Positions 25,919-37,749 of a DNA stretch of 64,000 nucleotides are shown here, piece by piece (the stretch's first letter is position 1; each line of letters starts with the position of its first letter). The notes under the pieces were generated by a model that made no database searches, had not been told where the DNA came from, and saw only the letters and a list, made by a program, of their open reading frames with translations. The stretch comes from Podospora anserina (Eukaryota). Made by a program: the position numbers and the translations under genes. The stretch covers positions 3,844,001-3,908,000 of the forward strand of contig CM030333.1 in the NCBI GenBank assembly GCA_017654855.1. Reading direction: 5' to 3'.

Positions 25919-28900
25919 GGGGCGAACCACTTATTTGCATATTCGATGTTTTCAACGCTTTTTCTTGACACACAACATCGCCTCTTCACTATATCTCACA
26001 CATTTTATTTACGAACAGTGCGCGCCCCTTGTAAAGGTTTTCTCGGTGTCCGTCTGCAAAGAAGAAACGGCCGGAAAACGGGGAGAGGAGGCAAAAAGAC
26101 AAATGGTTGTAATATACCTCACTACCCTTGTTTTGTTTCGCGTCCTTTTTTGTTTGTTTTCGTCATTCATCCTTGTCATTACTTATCATGATACTGGGTT
26201 TCAAGGCGGCTTGTTTTTTTGTTGCTTTTTTTCTTTCTCATGCCCTTTTCCCCCCGTTTTTTATGTTTTATTGGGGATACAAATGTGACCTAACCAGAGT
26301 TTTTTTTTACTTGATTATGATAGGGTCTGAAAAAGGAAGAAGAGAAGAGAACATGATAGCCTCCGTTTCTTCTTTGCGAGTTTTCCGCGACACATTTCTT
26401 CACCGTTTCTCTACATTTGAGCCGAGACCGGCTGCACCCGCTGCTGCATATTCATGCAGATCTCGACAGACCCCGGCTCTTATTTTACCCTCCGCGTGGC
26501 AGACACGGCACACACACGATTCCCGCCCGTCCGTCCGTCCGTCTACGAACCGAATTGTTACTTGCCGTCCGAACGGGTTCGAATGACGACATTGCTTTGT
26601 CCGTTTGGGCAGACTTTTTGATTCAAGGTGTATATGCTTTTTTTTTGGGTAGGGGCGGGGGGGCGTGTTGGTTTGTTTATACTTTTTTATATACCTTTTT
26701 GGGGGAACAAGAGGACTACGATGGGTGTGATGATGGGGTATTTTGTGGCTTTCCATGGCGTTCCTTGTTTCTGCTAATTTTCGACTTACATGCGAGCAGA
26801 GAGATGTTGGAATAGGGGGAGACTTTGAGGTGATGATGATGGTTGTGGTGCTGGGTGTTTGGATAGGAGAGGGAAATGTGTTAGTTATTGCATAGTGATG
26901 ATGAAGATGGTGATATGATTGTGAGAATAAGAGATGAGAATGTTTGAAAGAACGAGATAAAAGAAGATGTGAAGGTGTGAGAAAATGAGACAAGTGGTCG
27001 TTCGAGCTGAGGAAGCTGAGGGGGAGGGGGAGGTCTCTTATACCCGGGGGTGGCTGAAGTGTGAGTTGGGGCTGTTATTAAAACGGCTGGACGGCAAGGG
27101 CGGCGGGCGGACGTTGATGAGAAGTGGGGAATTTACTGCTGTGAGCCAGGGAATGGATGTGACCCCAGTGGTGGGATGGGAGAGGAGAGAAGGTTTGTTG
27201 ATGTGACACTGCATGAACGGTGTGCATGGAAGGGGGCGGCCGTGGGGGAACGGGAGGATTGGGGTGATAAGCGGTGGGCCAGATAAGTTCTAAGAGAGAT
27301 AGAGAGAAGGTTGAGAGACTATTTAATCGCTTTGAGAAATCACATTTTGCTGGCTGCAGTTGACGCCGTACAGATACATTTATCACTTTCTTGTGGGGGG
27401 TAAGATTTTGGAGCGAGGAAACGGGATATTTCCAAGCCTTTTTTTCTCGGTCTTGACATTTTTTTCTGACAAGAGAAAGGGGTTACATTCCAGATGGACC
27501 CCCTTGTTCCCAACCGAAACCAGCTTTCTCTTCGGTGGTGTGTTTTGAGGGTGTGGTGCTTCATGCTACCAAGACCACCACACACGCCATCTTGGATAAT
27601 AAACCAGCTCAAAAAGAAAGAAACGAAGACAGCCAAGGTGCGGCGTGGATGGTTGGGGAGATACCTATGCGAGAAATAGGGGTATTGCAGATGTTATCAA
27701 GATACCGGTCAATCTGGTCGAATCTTGAATGGCTTTTTTTGTTGTTTCTTTTCACATGTGAACCTTGACGGATGAATTGGAACAAGACGATCGACAAAAG
27801 ATAAAACAAAAGATCGACGCTCCCAACTACCGAGAGGAGGTTGGGCGCTGTGGAGCGGGAAAGCCGGTGCCTCCGTCCGCGGGTGCTGCCGTTGCAGAGA
27901 AGGATTCCCAGGCCTGGAAGCAATCGCCGAAGCGTTGAGGAAGAAGGGGAAAACTCACCGAACATTTGTGCCGCGCCTATAAGACGCCCAGAAGTCAATG
28001 CTGCAACGTTGGCTGCACTCGGCGCAACCGGGGAGACGCAAGTTCAACACCCGGTTTTTTGACGCTATTTCTGACGAGATAACGGCGATGTTTTGCCAAA
28101 ATTTGGATGTTGTGAGTTGTTTGAAGATATCCACCTGGATATATCCACTTTATGCCAACTTGACCGTTGGATGTTGGGGTGACAGGTGGAGTGGGCAGAC
28201 AGGAAGTGGAACATCGTTACTTCGCTGGCTTCTTGCTTTCTTCTTCCCCCCTGAAATTGACAACACAGCAACAGGGAAACAGGCAGAAATCAGGCATTTG
28301 ACTTGTCAAACAGAGAAATATTTTCCAGCGACAAGTTTGAAGGAAACGGTGTTGGACCTGGCTCCGTTTTGTTCGATGCAACGACATTCATGTAGGTCAA
28401 GCTGGAACCAATGTCTCGAAACTGCAGGACGAATGTCTTGGGCGGTGGGATATTTCTTTTTCTTACTCGCGGTTCGGTGTGTAATCTGTACCACACAGTG
28501 TGAGGTTCAAAGAAGATGAACCGCGGTGGGTAAGACATGCAGATTTGTTCGGAGAGATCTCTTCTCGATGGTGGTGGCGGTGGCTCGCCTACCTCTATCA
28601 TGCAAGATTGGGCGGTCAAGATCACCGATTCATGAGATTTCTGTTCATCGAGGGGATGCCATGCCGTCTGCGTAGGAAACTTGGTTCATCGATCCCGAGT
28701 TGACTTGCGGTTCGCTGCAAGGCATGAGATTTCGGTAACGGCAAACCAGAGTGTGTCACGGACATTTCATCAATCGTGATCGGACGGAGGAACGTGAGCC
28801 GCACGTGGCTCCCATGCCGTGAGTGACACCCATGTCTAATATCATGAACTTAACACTGCTAAATTTCCCCTGGTGGTGAGCATATTCGGTCGTTCGATGT

Positions 28901-29917
28901 TTGGGCAGGATCAAAAGGGATTGCTAGGACCAATCTCCTGCCGTCTGCCGAGCATCTCCAAGACATCTGTCGTCGGCAGTGTATCCCGGTTGCCGAAATG
29001 CGTGATACTACTCCGTAACGGACAAGGACGGCGACTGGAGACAGATTCAAGGGGTTTCGGTATTCTCCGAGGCAGGTTAAGCCGGGCGATGTGGGATCGT
29101 TGGAATGGCGCCAGCGACCTCGGCAGAGGTAGCGCAACGATGGCAAGACAGGAGAAACAGAGGAGGATTGTTTCAGTGGTATTGGATGTTATGTAAGCGG
29201 ATGTGGCATCAGGCGGCAGTGTAGGTAGAACTCAGATGGAAGAGTCAGTTCTAACACGGGTTAGCAAGCTGTAGAATGATTATAAGCCTGTAGATTTAGG
29301 TAGACAGAGAGTTGACAACAGCTTTCGGCGCAAACCGACGACAAGCGGAGGGAGGTTGTTGCTGAATTTCTTCGGATTTGCGGTCTCAGCCCAGCTTGTG
29401 AGCCGGCCCGCTCCCGGCACGCCACTAATGGCCCGCTACGGATGCACGACCGACGCGCCGCGGGCACTGACAGGAGCTCAAAGCGCAAGGCGATGCTTCA
29501 TTCCGAGACACAAGCCTCAGGTCTGAACAATCAAGCATTTTGCTATTCCCAAAACATTTGTAGTTAGTGGGGATCGTTGCATTTGTTTTGCGACTGAAGA
29601 ATCTCATGAAAAATCCCACCGAATCTGCGCCTTTGTGAGGCATGCTTAACCCTAACCCTCAAGCCTTGCCAGCCAGCGACAACCCGAACATGCAGTAAGG
29701 TATTTGATGTTTGCGAATGAGCATTTTGTTAAAATTCAACACTCAGAAAAGATGGCAGTAAAAAGCAACCAGTTTCTTCCTGCGTGGTAATATGAATCGC
29801 ACTGGGTAATATTCAACCTTTGAAGTCCAGGTCTTGGCACTATTTAAGGTTGATTGCCGCTGGCAACGGTTGGCTGCAGGTGTAAACAACAGTGGCAGTC
29901 ACAAAGGAGGGGTCAAT

Positions 29918-29965
29918 CTTCGCACCTGGCTTCGCACCTGTCTTCGCACCTGTCTTCGCACCTGC
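29918..29965. repeat. 12-bp minisatellite (CTTCGCACCTGN)x4 upstream of the GH3 gene
   Basis: cttcgcacctgg cttcgcacctgt cttcgcacctgt cttcgcacctgc. Confidence 0.85.
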
Positions 29966-30206
29966 TTTTACATCACAAAACCACCCACAGCATCATTTGG
30001 CTGTAGTCAACCCTCAATTAAAGGTGTCACATATGCATCTCAGATCTCATCCGGTCCATTTGCTAAGCCTGCTGTTTTAACAGCTTCCCCTGTTGGACTT
30101 TTGATACTTTCAAATGTAAACAAACGCCCAATATCACAACTCACAACTTACCACAAGCCCTTCATATCGACAGTCATTTCAATTTAATCACAACTCACAA
30201 ACCAAG

Positions 30207-33063
30207 ATGGCCTCCGCCTCTCTGCTATCTCACAAAGCGGGCGGCACCAGCCAACACTCTGCAGCCCTCCTACCTTCAGACCAACCACCATCATATCAAG
30301 AAAAGAAAAGTTGACAATCAAAACTGGCCTTTTTCAAGACGAAAAGGGGCCTTCTCATTATCGTTCTCATACTTGTAATAATAGGTGGCGGGCTGGCAGG
30401 GTTGGCAGCTCTCCCAAAACACAATGACAATGGCTCCGAGGAAGCGTTGGATGGGGGGAGGATGATTCAGAAGGATGAGTATTTCTACGGGGGCTCAGAG
30501 CCGGTCTACCCCTCTCGTAAGTGGATGACTTTTTCTTTTTGGCGGTGACATGATGGAGTGAGAACTGACAGATATGGCATCGATAGCGGAAATGACTGGT
30601 TCTGGGGAGTGGAAAGAGGCTTTCAATAGAGCCAAGGAGTTTGTGGGCAAAATGACACTTGATGAGAAGGTATCCTACCGCCACGTCTGGATTTATTGTG
30701 ACGAACGAAACTGACAGGAAGCTCAGATCAGCCTCACTTCAGGAACCAACTCCGAGACCTCTTGCCCTGGCTTCTTGCCTGCCATCTCACGCCTAAAATT
30801 CCCGGGTATGTGTCTGGCTGATGCTGGACAGGGTGTCAGAGGAACAGATTTTGTTAGCAGCTGGCCGAGTGGCATTCATGTTGGGGCCAGCTGGAACAAG
30901 GAACTCACTCTGGCAAGGGGCAAAGGTATGGGTGGTGAGTTCAGAACGAAGGGCGTCAACATTCTTCTGGGACCTGTAGTTGGGCCAGCTGGACGGGTTG
31001 TCAGTGGTGGAAGAAATTGGGAGGGCTTTGCCAGTGACCCTTATCTGTCCGGCGTGTTGGTTGGTGAGACTGTCAAGGGGATTCAGGGAGTTGGGGTTGT
31101 CGCCAGCACAAAGGTATGTTATTATCTCGAAACTTCAAGTTGACGCTGAGGCTGACGGCATATTCAGCATTTCATTGCCAATGAGCAAGAGACCAATAGA
31201 AACCCCAACAACGGTGTGGAGGCTGTCTCGTCAAATATAGATGACAGAACTATGCACGAGATTTACTTGTGGTAAGTGACGCGGAACTAACACTGCTAAA
31301 GAGCAAGCGTTGACGACGAAACCGCAGGCCCTTCCAGGATGCCGTACGCGCCGGAACGGGAAGCATCATGTGCTCCTACCAGAGGGTCAACAACTCGTAC
31401 GGCTGCGCAAACAGCAAGACGCAAAATGGACTGCTCAAGACTGAACTTGGGTTTCAGGGTGGCGTTGTGAGCGACTGGGGAGCTCAGCACGCCGGGGTTG
31501 CCACAGCTGAAGCAGGCATGGATATGGCTATGCCAAATGGCGGTGACTTTTGGGGCTCACATCTCGAAGACGCCATCAAAAATGGAACGGTGCCCGAAAG
31601 TAGGCTAGACGATATGGTCCTCAGGTATGTCGGGTGCATTCTCTCCGTGTGTGTGAAAAGTTGTTGACCCAAGCAGAACAATCGCTTCTTGGTATCAAAT
31701 GGGCCAGGACAATGACTTTCCTACGCCAGGTGTCGGTATGCCCAAGGACCTCACCAAGCCACATCGCATTATCGATGCAAGAAACTCTTCCTTCAAATCC
31801 ACTCTATTTGATGGTGCGGTTGAAGGTCACGTCCTGGTCAAAAACATCCGCAATGCCTTGCCGCTCAAGAGCCCCAAACTGCTGTCTATTTACGGCTACT
31901 CCGCCAAGAACCCCGACGAAAACAACCCAACAGATGGCCTCTCTCCCTGGCTGATGGGATCGGGATCCTTTGACTACCAGGAGTTTGGTGCAGGCTTCTT
32001 TGGCTGGTCAGGCGCAACACCAGGAACGACAGGCATTGCTTTTAACGGAACACTGTACTCTGGTGGCGGATCAGGGGCAACATCTCAGTCTCTTGCCATT
32101 TCACCGTATGACGCCATCCTTCAGCAAGCCTACGAGGACGATACAGCCCTCTTCTGGGACTTCCACAACGGCAAGCCGGCAGTGGATCCTGTCTCCAGCG
32201 CGTGTCTGGTATTCGGTAACGTCTGGGCTGCAGAAGGCGCAGATAGACCTGGCCTTCGAGACGATTACACCGACGAGCTGATCCTCCACGTCGCCAGCCA
32301 GTGCAACAACACTGTTGTGGTTTTCCATAATGCTGGTATAAGACTCGTTGAAGAATTTATCGGCCACCCCAACGTCACAGCAGTGATCTTTGCCCATCTC
32401 CCAGGACAAGCATCCGGGAAGGCGTTGGCATCTATCCTCTATGGAAAGGAGAACCCTTCAGGTAAACTGCCTTATACTGTTGCGCGCAACGAAGACGACT
32501 ATGGAGTCATGCTCAGGCCTGACAAGCCGGAGGGCATCTTCAAGTATTTCCCTCAGAGCAACTTTACCGAGGGTGTGTTTGTCGATTACAGGCACTTTGA
32601 CGAAAACAAGATCAAGCCTAGGTTTGAGTTTGGGTTTGGCCTGAGTTACACTACCTTTGGGTATTCCAATCTTGCTGTTGAGAAGGATGGCAACAGAAGC
32701 TTTGAGGAGTTTCCCAAGGGGAAGACTGTAGAGGGTGGTCAGGAGGACTTGTGGGATGCACTGGTTAGAGTGGAGGCTGAGGTTGAGAACAAGGGGGAGG
32801 TGGAGGGGAAGGAGGTTGCGCAGTTGTATTTGGGGATTCCGGGGACGAGAGAGGAAAAGGTACCTATGAGGCAGTTAAGGGGGTTTGAGAAAGTGTTGGT
32901 TGGGGTGGGGGAGACGAAGAAGGTGGTGTTTGAGCTGACGAGGAGGGATTTGAGTGTCTGGGATGTGAGGGCGCAGAAGTGGAGGTTGGGGAAGGGGGAG
33001 TATAACGTCGAGGTTGGGGGGAGTAGTAGGAATTTGCCTTTGTCTGGGAAGTTCACTGTGTAA
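30207..33063 (+). CDS. GH3 beta-glucosidase with N-terminal signal-anchor and C-terminal FnIII-like domain; in-frame TGA at codon 36 (30312-30314)
   Basis: Exon 1 (30207-30516) reads [55 protein letters not shown]. Downstream motifs: [37 protein letters not shown] (nucleophile Asp), [28 protein letters not shown]. Confidence 0.92.
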
Positions 33064-33752
33064 GACGGTTTTTTACAGATTGAAAGATGGGATGGCGCTT
33101 TGGATTTCCCATTGGGGTTATGTACGACATGTGTATGAGTTATGAATGTGAGCTATGGAGGATGTTGGACTAGGGTTCAATACGACTACAAGATACACGA
33201 GGCCCTCGATCTCTACGTCAGTTTCCCCAAGATCGCACTTCGATGATGAGTTGGAGCTCAATGGCCATTGAAGCGGATCTTCACCCCGGAAATGGCATAT
33301 ATCCGGCCCGCACCGATTTACCCGGCAGCTCCTCCCCGATGCGACCCCCGTCGATCGTCACCCGGCCACTTGAGGCTCAATGCGGGCCACATCTTGGCTC
33401 CTATCATGAATCACGGTTCGGCTGAAGAGCTTCCATTTTGGAGATCGTCGTGAGGGGAAAAGAGGAGTACGCGTGGTGCGCCGTGATGGCCCTCTGCATG
33501 AACAAGAGTCTCGCGCAGATTGCAGTGCCCTTGGAATCTGCAATATGGATTTCATTAACCTTCTTGTCCCGCTTCCGTGGCGCTGGTAAAGGTGTGAATG
33601 GGGAAAAGAAAAAGCGGAGGATGATGCTGCTTTGCTGCAGGGGTGTAATTGAGGTGATATAAAGTGCATATATTCCCCCCCCCTCGTCCACTGATTCTAG
33701 AGTTTGTTCGCCTCAGGGACAACCTCAGTTTTGGCTTTCCCTCGCACACAAG

Positions 33753-34832
33753 ATGCGTCTCTCCACCTCCCTTCTCGCCGCGGCGGGAGCTGTCCCCCTT
33801 GCAACCGCCCAGCTCCACGAGCTCGCCGTCAAGGCTGGCCTCCAGTACTTCGGTGCTGCGACTGACACCCCCGGCTTCCGCGAGCGCGAGCCCTACCCCG
33901 AATCTTATTCCCAATACGACGCCATCCTCGAAGACCCCAAGGAGTTCGGCCAGACGACTCCCACCAACGGCCAGAAATGGCTGTTTGTCGAGCCTGAGCC
34001 GGGCGTTTTCAACTTCACTGAGGGTGACTACGTTGCCAATTTGGCCAACAGGACTAACAAGATCCTCCGCTGCCACGCCCTCGTCTGGCACAGCCAGCTT
34101 GCCCCTTGGGTTGAGACCACCGAGTGGACCAAAGAGGGTTTGAGGGAGGCAATTGTCAGACATATCACCGAGGTGGCTGGGTATTACCGTGGCCGGTGTG
34201 CCCATTGGGATGTGTTGAATGAAGCCCTTGATGAAGACGGGACATACAGGAAGAGCGTGTTTTACAATGTGCTCGGGGAGGAGTACATCCGGCTTGCCTT
34301 TGAGACTGCTGCCAAGGTCGACCCAGAGGCGAAGTTGTACTACAATGACTACGGAATCGAGAGGCCGGCCAGTGTCAAGACTGCGGGCGCGGTGAGGCTG
34401 GTCAAGATGTTGAAGGATGCCGGGATCAAGGTTGATGGCGTGGGGATGCAGGCGCATTTGCATGCGGACAACCACCCGAGTGAGGCGGATTTGATCAACA
34501 CTATTGGGATGTATAAGGAGGTGGTGAAGGAGGTCGCGTTTACCGAGTTAGATGTGAGGATCAAGGTGCCGGTTGATGAGCAGAAGCTGCAGTGGCAGAG
34601 TGAGTGCTACCAGAAGGTTGTGGGGGCGTGTGTGAAGACGAAGGATGTTTGTGTGGGTATCACGATTTGGGACTTTTATGACCCTTTTAGCTGGGTGCCG
34701 CATGTGTTTCCGGGTAATGGGGCGAGTTTGTTGTGGTTTGAGGACTTTAGCAAGCACCCTGCGTATGATGGGATGGTGAACTACTTTGGGGAGTTGATTG
34801 AGGCCCAGGGTGGTAACGCTACGTGCTCGTAG
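33753..34832 (+). CDS. Secreted GH10 endo-1,4-beta-xylanase
   Basis: Signal peptide MRLSTSLLAAAGAVPLATA; motifs QKW, RCHALVWHSQL, WDVLNE (acid/base), LYYNDY, DGVGMQAH, FTELDV (nucleophile), GITIWDF. Confidence 0.96.
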   Translation: MRLSTSLLAAAGAVPLATAQLHELAVKAGLQYFGAATDTPGFREREPYPESYSQYDAILEDPKEFGQTTPTNGQKWLFVEPEPGVFNFTEGDYVANLANRTNKILRCHALVWHSQLAPWVETTEWTKEGLREAIVRHITEVAGYYRGRCAHWDVLNEALDEDGTYRKSVFYNVLGEEYIRLAFETAAKVDPEAKLYYNDYGIERPASVKTAGAVRLVKMLKDAGIKVDGVGMQAHLHADNHPSEADLINTIGMYKEVVKEVAFTELDVRIKVPVDEQKLQWQSECYQKVVGACVKTKDVCVGITIWDFYDPFSWVPHVFPGNGASLLWFEDFSKHPAYDGMVNYFGELIEAQGGNATCS

Positions 34833-35197
34833 AGCCTCGCAGTAGTGATGGAAACGACGCTATGCTACAAAAGACTCTGTTCTGGAAAATAAAAGCAGTG
34901 CGTTTCTGACCAGAAACCGTGTCATGTCTTGTACCAAATCCAGACCAGCTCCACGACAGACTCTTCCCTCCCTTTAGACACCCTCCCAGCCATCGGGGAA
35001 TCTCTTCTTGGGGAGGCGCTTCGTACAGCTCCTTGCTGAAGTGGACGGTGGCCAGAGCCGTTTTCATGAACCATGGTCCAACTGTTTCCCACTTACTGTT
35101 GGGTATCGTCTGTAGTGCTGGTTGGCATATTGGAATAGATCTGTCGTGGCAATCAGTCCAGGTACCTCCAAATTGCTGTTTTTCGACCCTTAACATC

Positions 35198-35316
35198 ACA
35201 TACGACCATACGCAGCTGAAAATACGGGATCCCGTCCGCTCTCCCCTAGTCAAACAGCTGACGGCCAGACCAGTACTCAGGTGGGTGACCACTGGGGAAT
35301 CCCTGGTGTTGTATGT
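35198..35316 (+). rRNA. 5S: Dispersed 5S rRNA gene
   Basis: ACATACGACCATAC...GGGATCCCGTCCGCTCTCCCCTAGTCAAAC...CAGTACTCAGGTGGGTGACCACTGGGGAATCCCTGGTGTTGTATGT (119 nt), followed by a Pol III T tract. Confidence 0.96.
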
Positions 35317-35885
35317 TTTTGTCTCCATTTTTCGACTCCACTTGAAGTTATTGTGAGGTCTTGGCATTGTTGATGTGGTGGTGTTAGGTTGTATAGATAC
35401 TTGGGAGAATGTGAGATTCGGTATGAGTAGATATTTTGTAAAAACTAGGTGTCATATATTTTGGTTTTGAGACCCCTTCTGTTGCCGATCTTCATGGACA
35501 GGACTGTGTCTGGGGGTTGTAGGGGTCTAGGGCCTGGCAACGGACAGGTCTCGTAGATCTATAGAGATCTGTTGTGGTGAGCTAGAAATCCGTATACAAT
35601 ATCACAATGCTTGAAATTTTTCAGGAGCTTAGAGATTCATTGAGAAGGGTTGGGGCGTTCAATCGTTCAAAATCGGGTAGTCATCCTAGGGGGGTTGTAT
35701 GGGCCCACAATTAGGAAGATTTTTGAAGCTCAGGGGCTTCAGGGGGTGTTTGTCACCATGTAAACAAAGAGGAAATACAAGAGTGTTTGATGTATGCTAA
35801 TCCGAACCAATGCAATATAAAAATGAGAAACTTTTATGAGTACAACCGATCTGTTCCCTTTCCAAAAGAGTGCGCTCTGCCTTTT

Positions 35886-36409
35886 TCATGCCTTTGTATT
35901 TGCATTCCAAGTTCCAAACGTCATCGAGTCAATCTCCTGCTTTGCTCCCTCATGCAACACATTGGAATTAAAAGTATCGCCAACATGCTCAGCATTATCT
36001 GTTGTTGCAGTTGATATGTTCATCCGTGTCTGAATGGGGGATTCCATATCTCCGATGCTTTCTGGTCAGCTGGTCAGTACCAAGCGTGCGTGAGGCTGAA
36101 GTGATTCCTGTGTAACCAACCGAATGTCATGTTTTTCGCCTTTTGTTTTCCACCGTACATCACGTTCGAGTTCCAGCTGGTGCCAATCTGCTTTGGCCGA
36201 CGCAGGATTGCGTTTTGGATCTTGGCAGCAGATCCTTTTGGATATTTCCAGGCCAGTGTCGCAATAACGAGTCCCATTAGTGCGAGCACGGCCGTAGGCA
36301 CACCGACCGCGATTCCGACAACATCTGAAGTCGCCAGCCCTGCAGGTGCGGAGCTAGGCTGGTTCGTGGTGTTGGCCTCCGTGTCGATGGCGTCTGGTAT
36401 TGGGGCCAT
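35886..36409 (-). CDS. 154-aa single-pass membrane protein with two C-terminal amyloid-like pseudo-repeats (candidate NLR-coupled effector); exons 36409-36121, 36061-35886
   Basis: A 59-nt intron 36120-36062 (GTTGGT..ACTGAC..CAG) gives MAPIPDAIDTEANTTNQPSSAPAGLATSDVVGIAVGVPTAVLALMGLVIATLAWKYPKGSAAKIQNAILRRPKQIGTSWNSNVMYGGKQKAKNMTFESIGDMESPIQTRMNISTATTDNAEHVGDTFNSNVLHEGAKQEIDSMTFGTWNANTKA*. Recovering a second repeat in exon 2 supports the splice. Confidence 0.8.
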
Positions 36410-37749
36410 TGTTCGCAAGTGGGTGTGGTCATCAATGCCTAAGGAACTGTGACGTCTGCAGCCACCGACAAGGCTCCAGATGCTGCCTTGAAAGTGGATG
36501 AACGCAGAAGAAGCAGTGAGCAGGCTCTCGACCCATGGAGCGCACCTGGACGATAAATATGTGGTGTCGTGTGGAACGACTGCTTTGCTGACCATTCAGA
36601 AGATCTTCTGTACGTAGGAGCACAGAGACTTGACGTGGGAACATCGGTACCAATTAACAACGTCTTCATGTACGGTAGATTCTGTCGCCAATCAGCGGCA
36701 CTCACATGCACTGCCACGTCCTGTGCATGGAGCCCAACCGAAGCCTAGCCTGCTCCGACTACATACATCACGGCATTCGTATCAGGTCAACTGTTTAACT
36801 TGCCGGTTAGACGGAGTCCTCTTATCTGAGCCGATCATGTATAAATATGTTGTGGATCGGGCACAAGCCTGTGCAGTTTTGATTCCTGACACATGTGTCT
36901 GCTTATCATTGTTGGCTTTCCCTGCCTGTCCCACAGTACCTCCAGAATGAGCAATATCCCTACTAATCTCAAGAAGAAAGGAGTATATGGACTTGCTGAG
37001 ATGTCAACAACCACCGCCACGACCGTCATGCAGGAGCCCAGCTCTCAGTTCCGCGGCGACGGTAAAACATGGGACGGGTCAATAGTCAAGGTCAAAGCGA
37101 GTGATCCTGTTTACTATATAATCTACCCATTCTAGGTGTTTCTATCAATCCTAACCTAGGCCGCCCCTTAGACCTCACCAGATGCTTCTAAGCATAGAGG
37201 CAACGACGTCAGCTCATCTGTCAATTATGGCGGTCATCAGAAGGTGAAAAAGAGAATCAAGTTTGGTATGGCCCTTCCTCAGTTTCCTCAATTAAACCCC
37301 ATGTGAATGAACACTTATCTATCTTACCTATCATGCAGGTGCCTGCAATGAGAGTGAGCTCAAAATGGCTTTCAGTGCACCGATTGATCCGAAAGTCTCC
37401 GAGTCAACACACACTGGACATAATTACAAATCGAACGTTCTTTATGCTGGAGCTGAGCAGGAGGTTGATGAGCTTGTTTTTGAGTAAATGTGAAAATGTG
37501 TAGAAAGTATTGGATACCTGGCGTTCAAGATGGTATTAGGCGGTTTTTGTCGATAATTTGTTGAGTGAATTATGGAAGTCATTTCCTATGTCCAGTATAC
37601 GAACAATGAAAGGACATGATATCTTGATCTTACGTTACATGTGGATGATCGCGGCATTTGGCCACGATAGCCTGTGTACAACATAGATAGGCACCTGAGG
37701 GCATGTCGCTCAAGATGATTATATCTTCGTTATCGCACAGCCGGATCCA

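Noticed and set aside
35400-35770. Possible solo LTR next to the 5S gene
   Set aside because: No convincing TG...CA termini with target-site duplication, and no second copy in the window.
36893-37135. Small ORF between the effector and the NLR as a possible third component
   Set aside because: No motif copy or recognisable domain, on the opposite strand, and no splice support.
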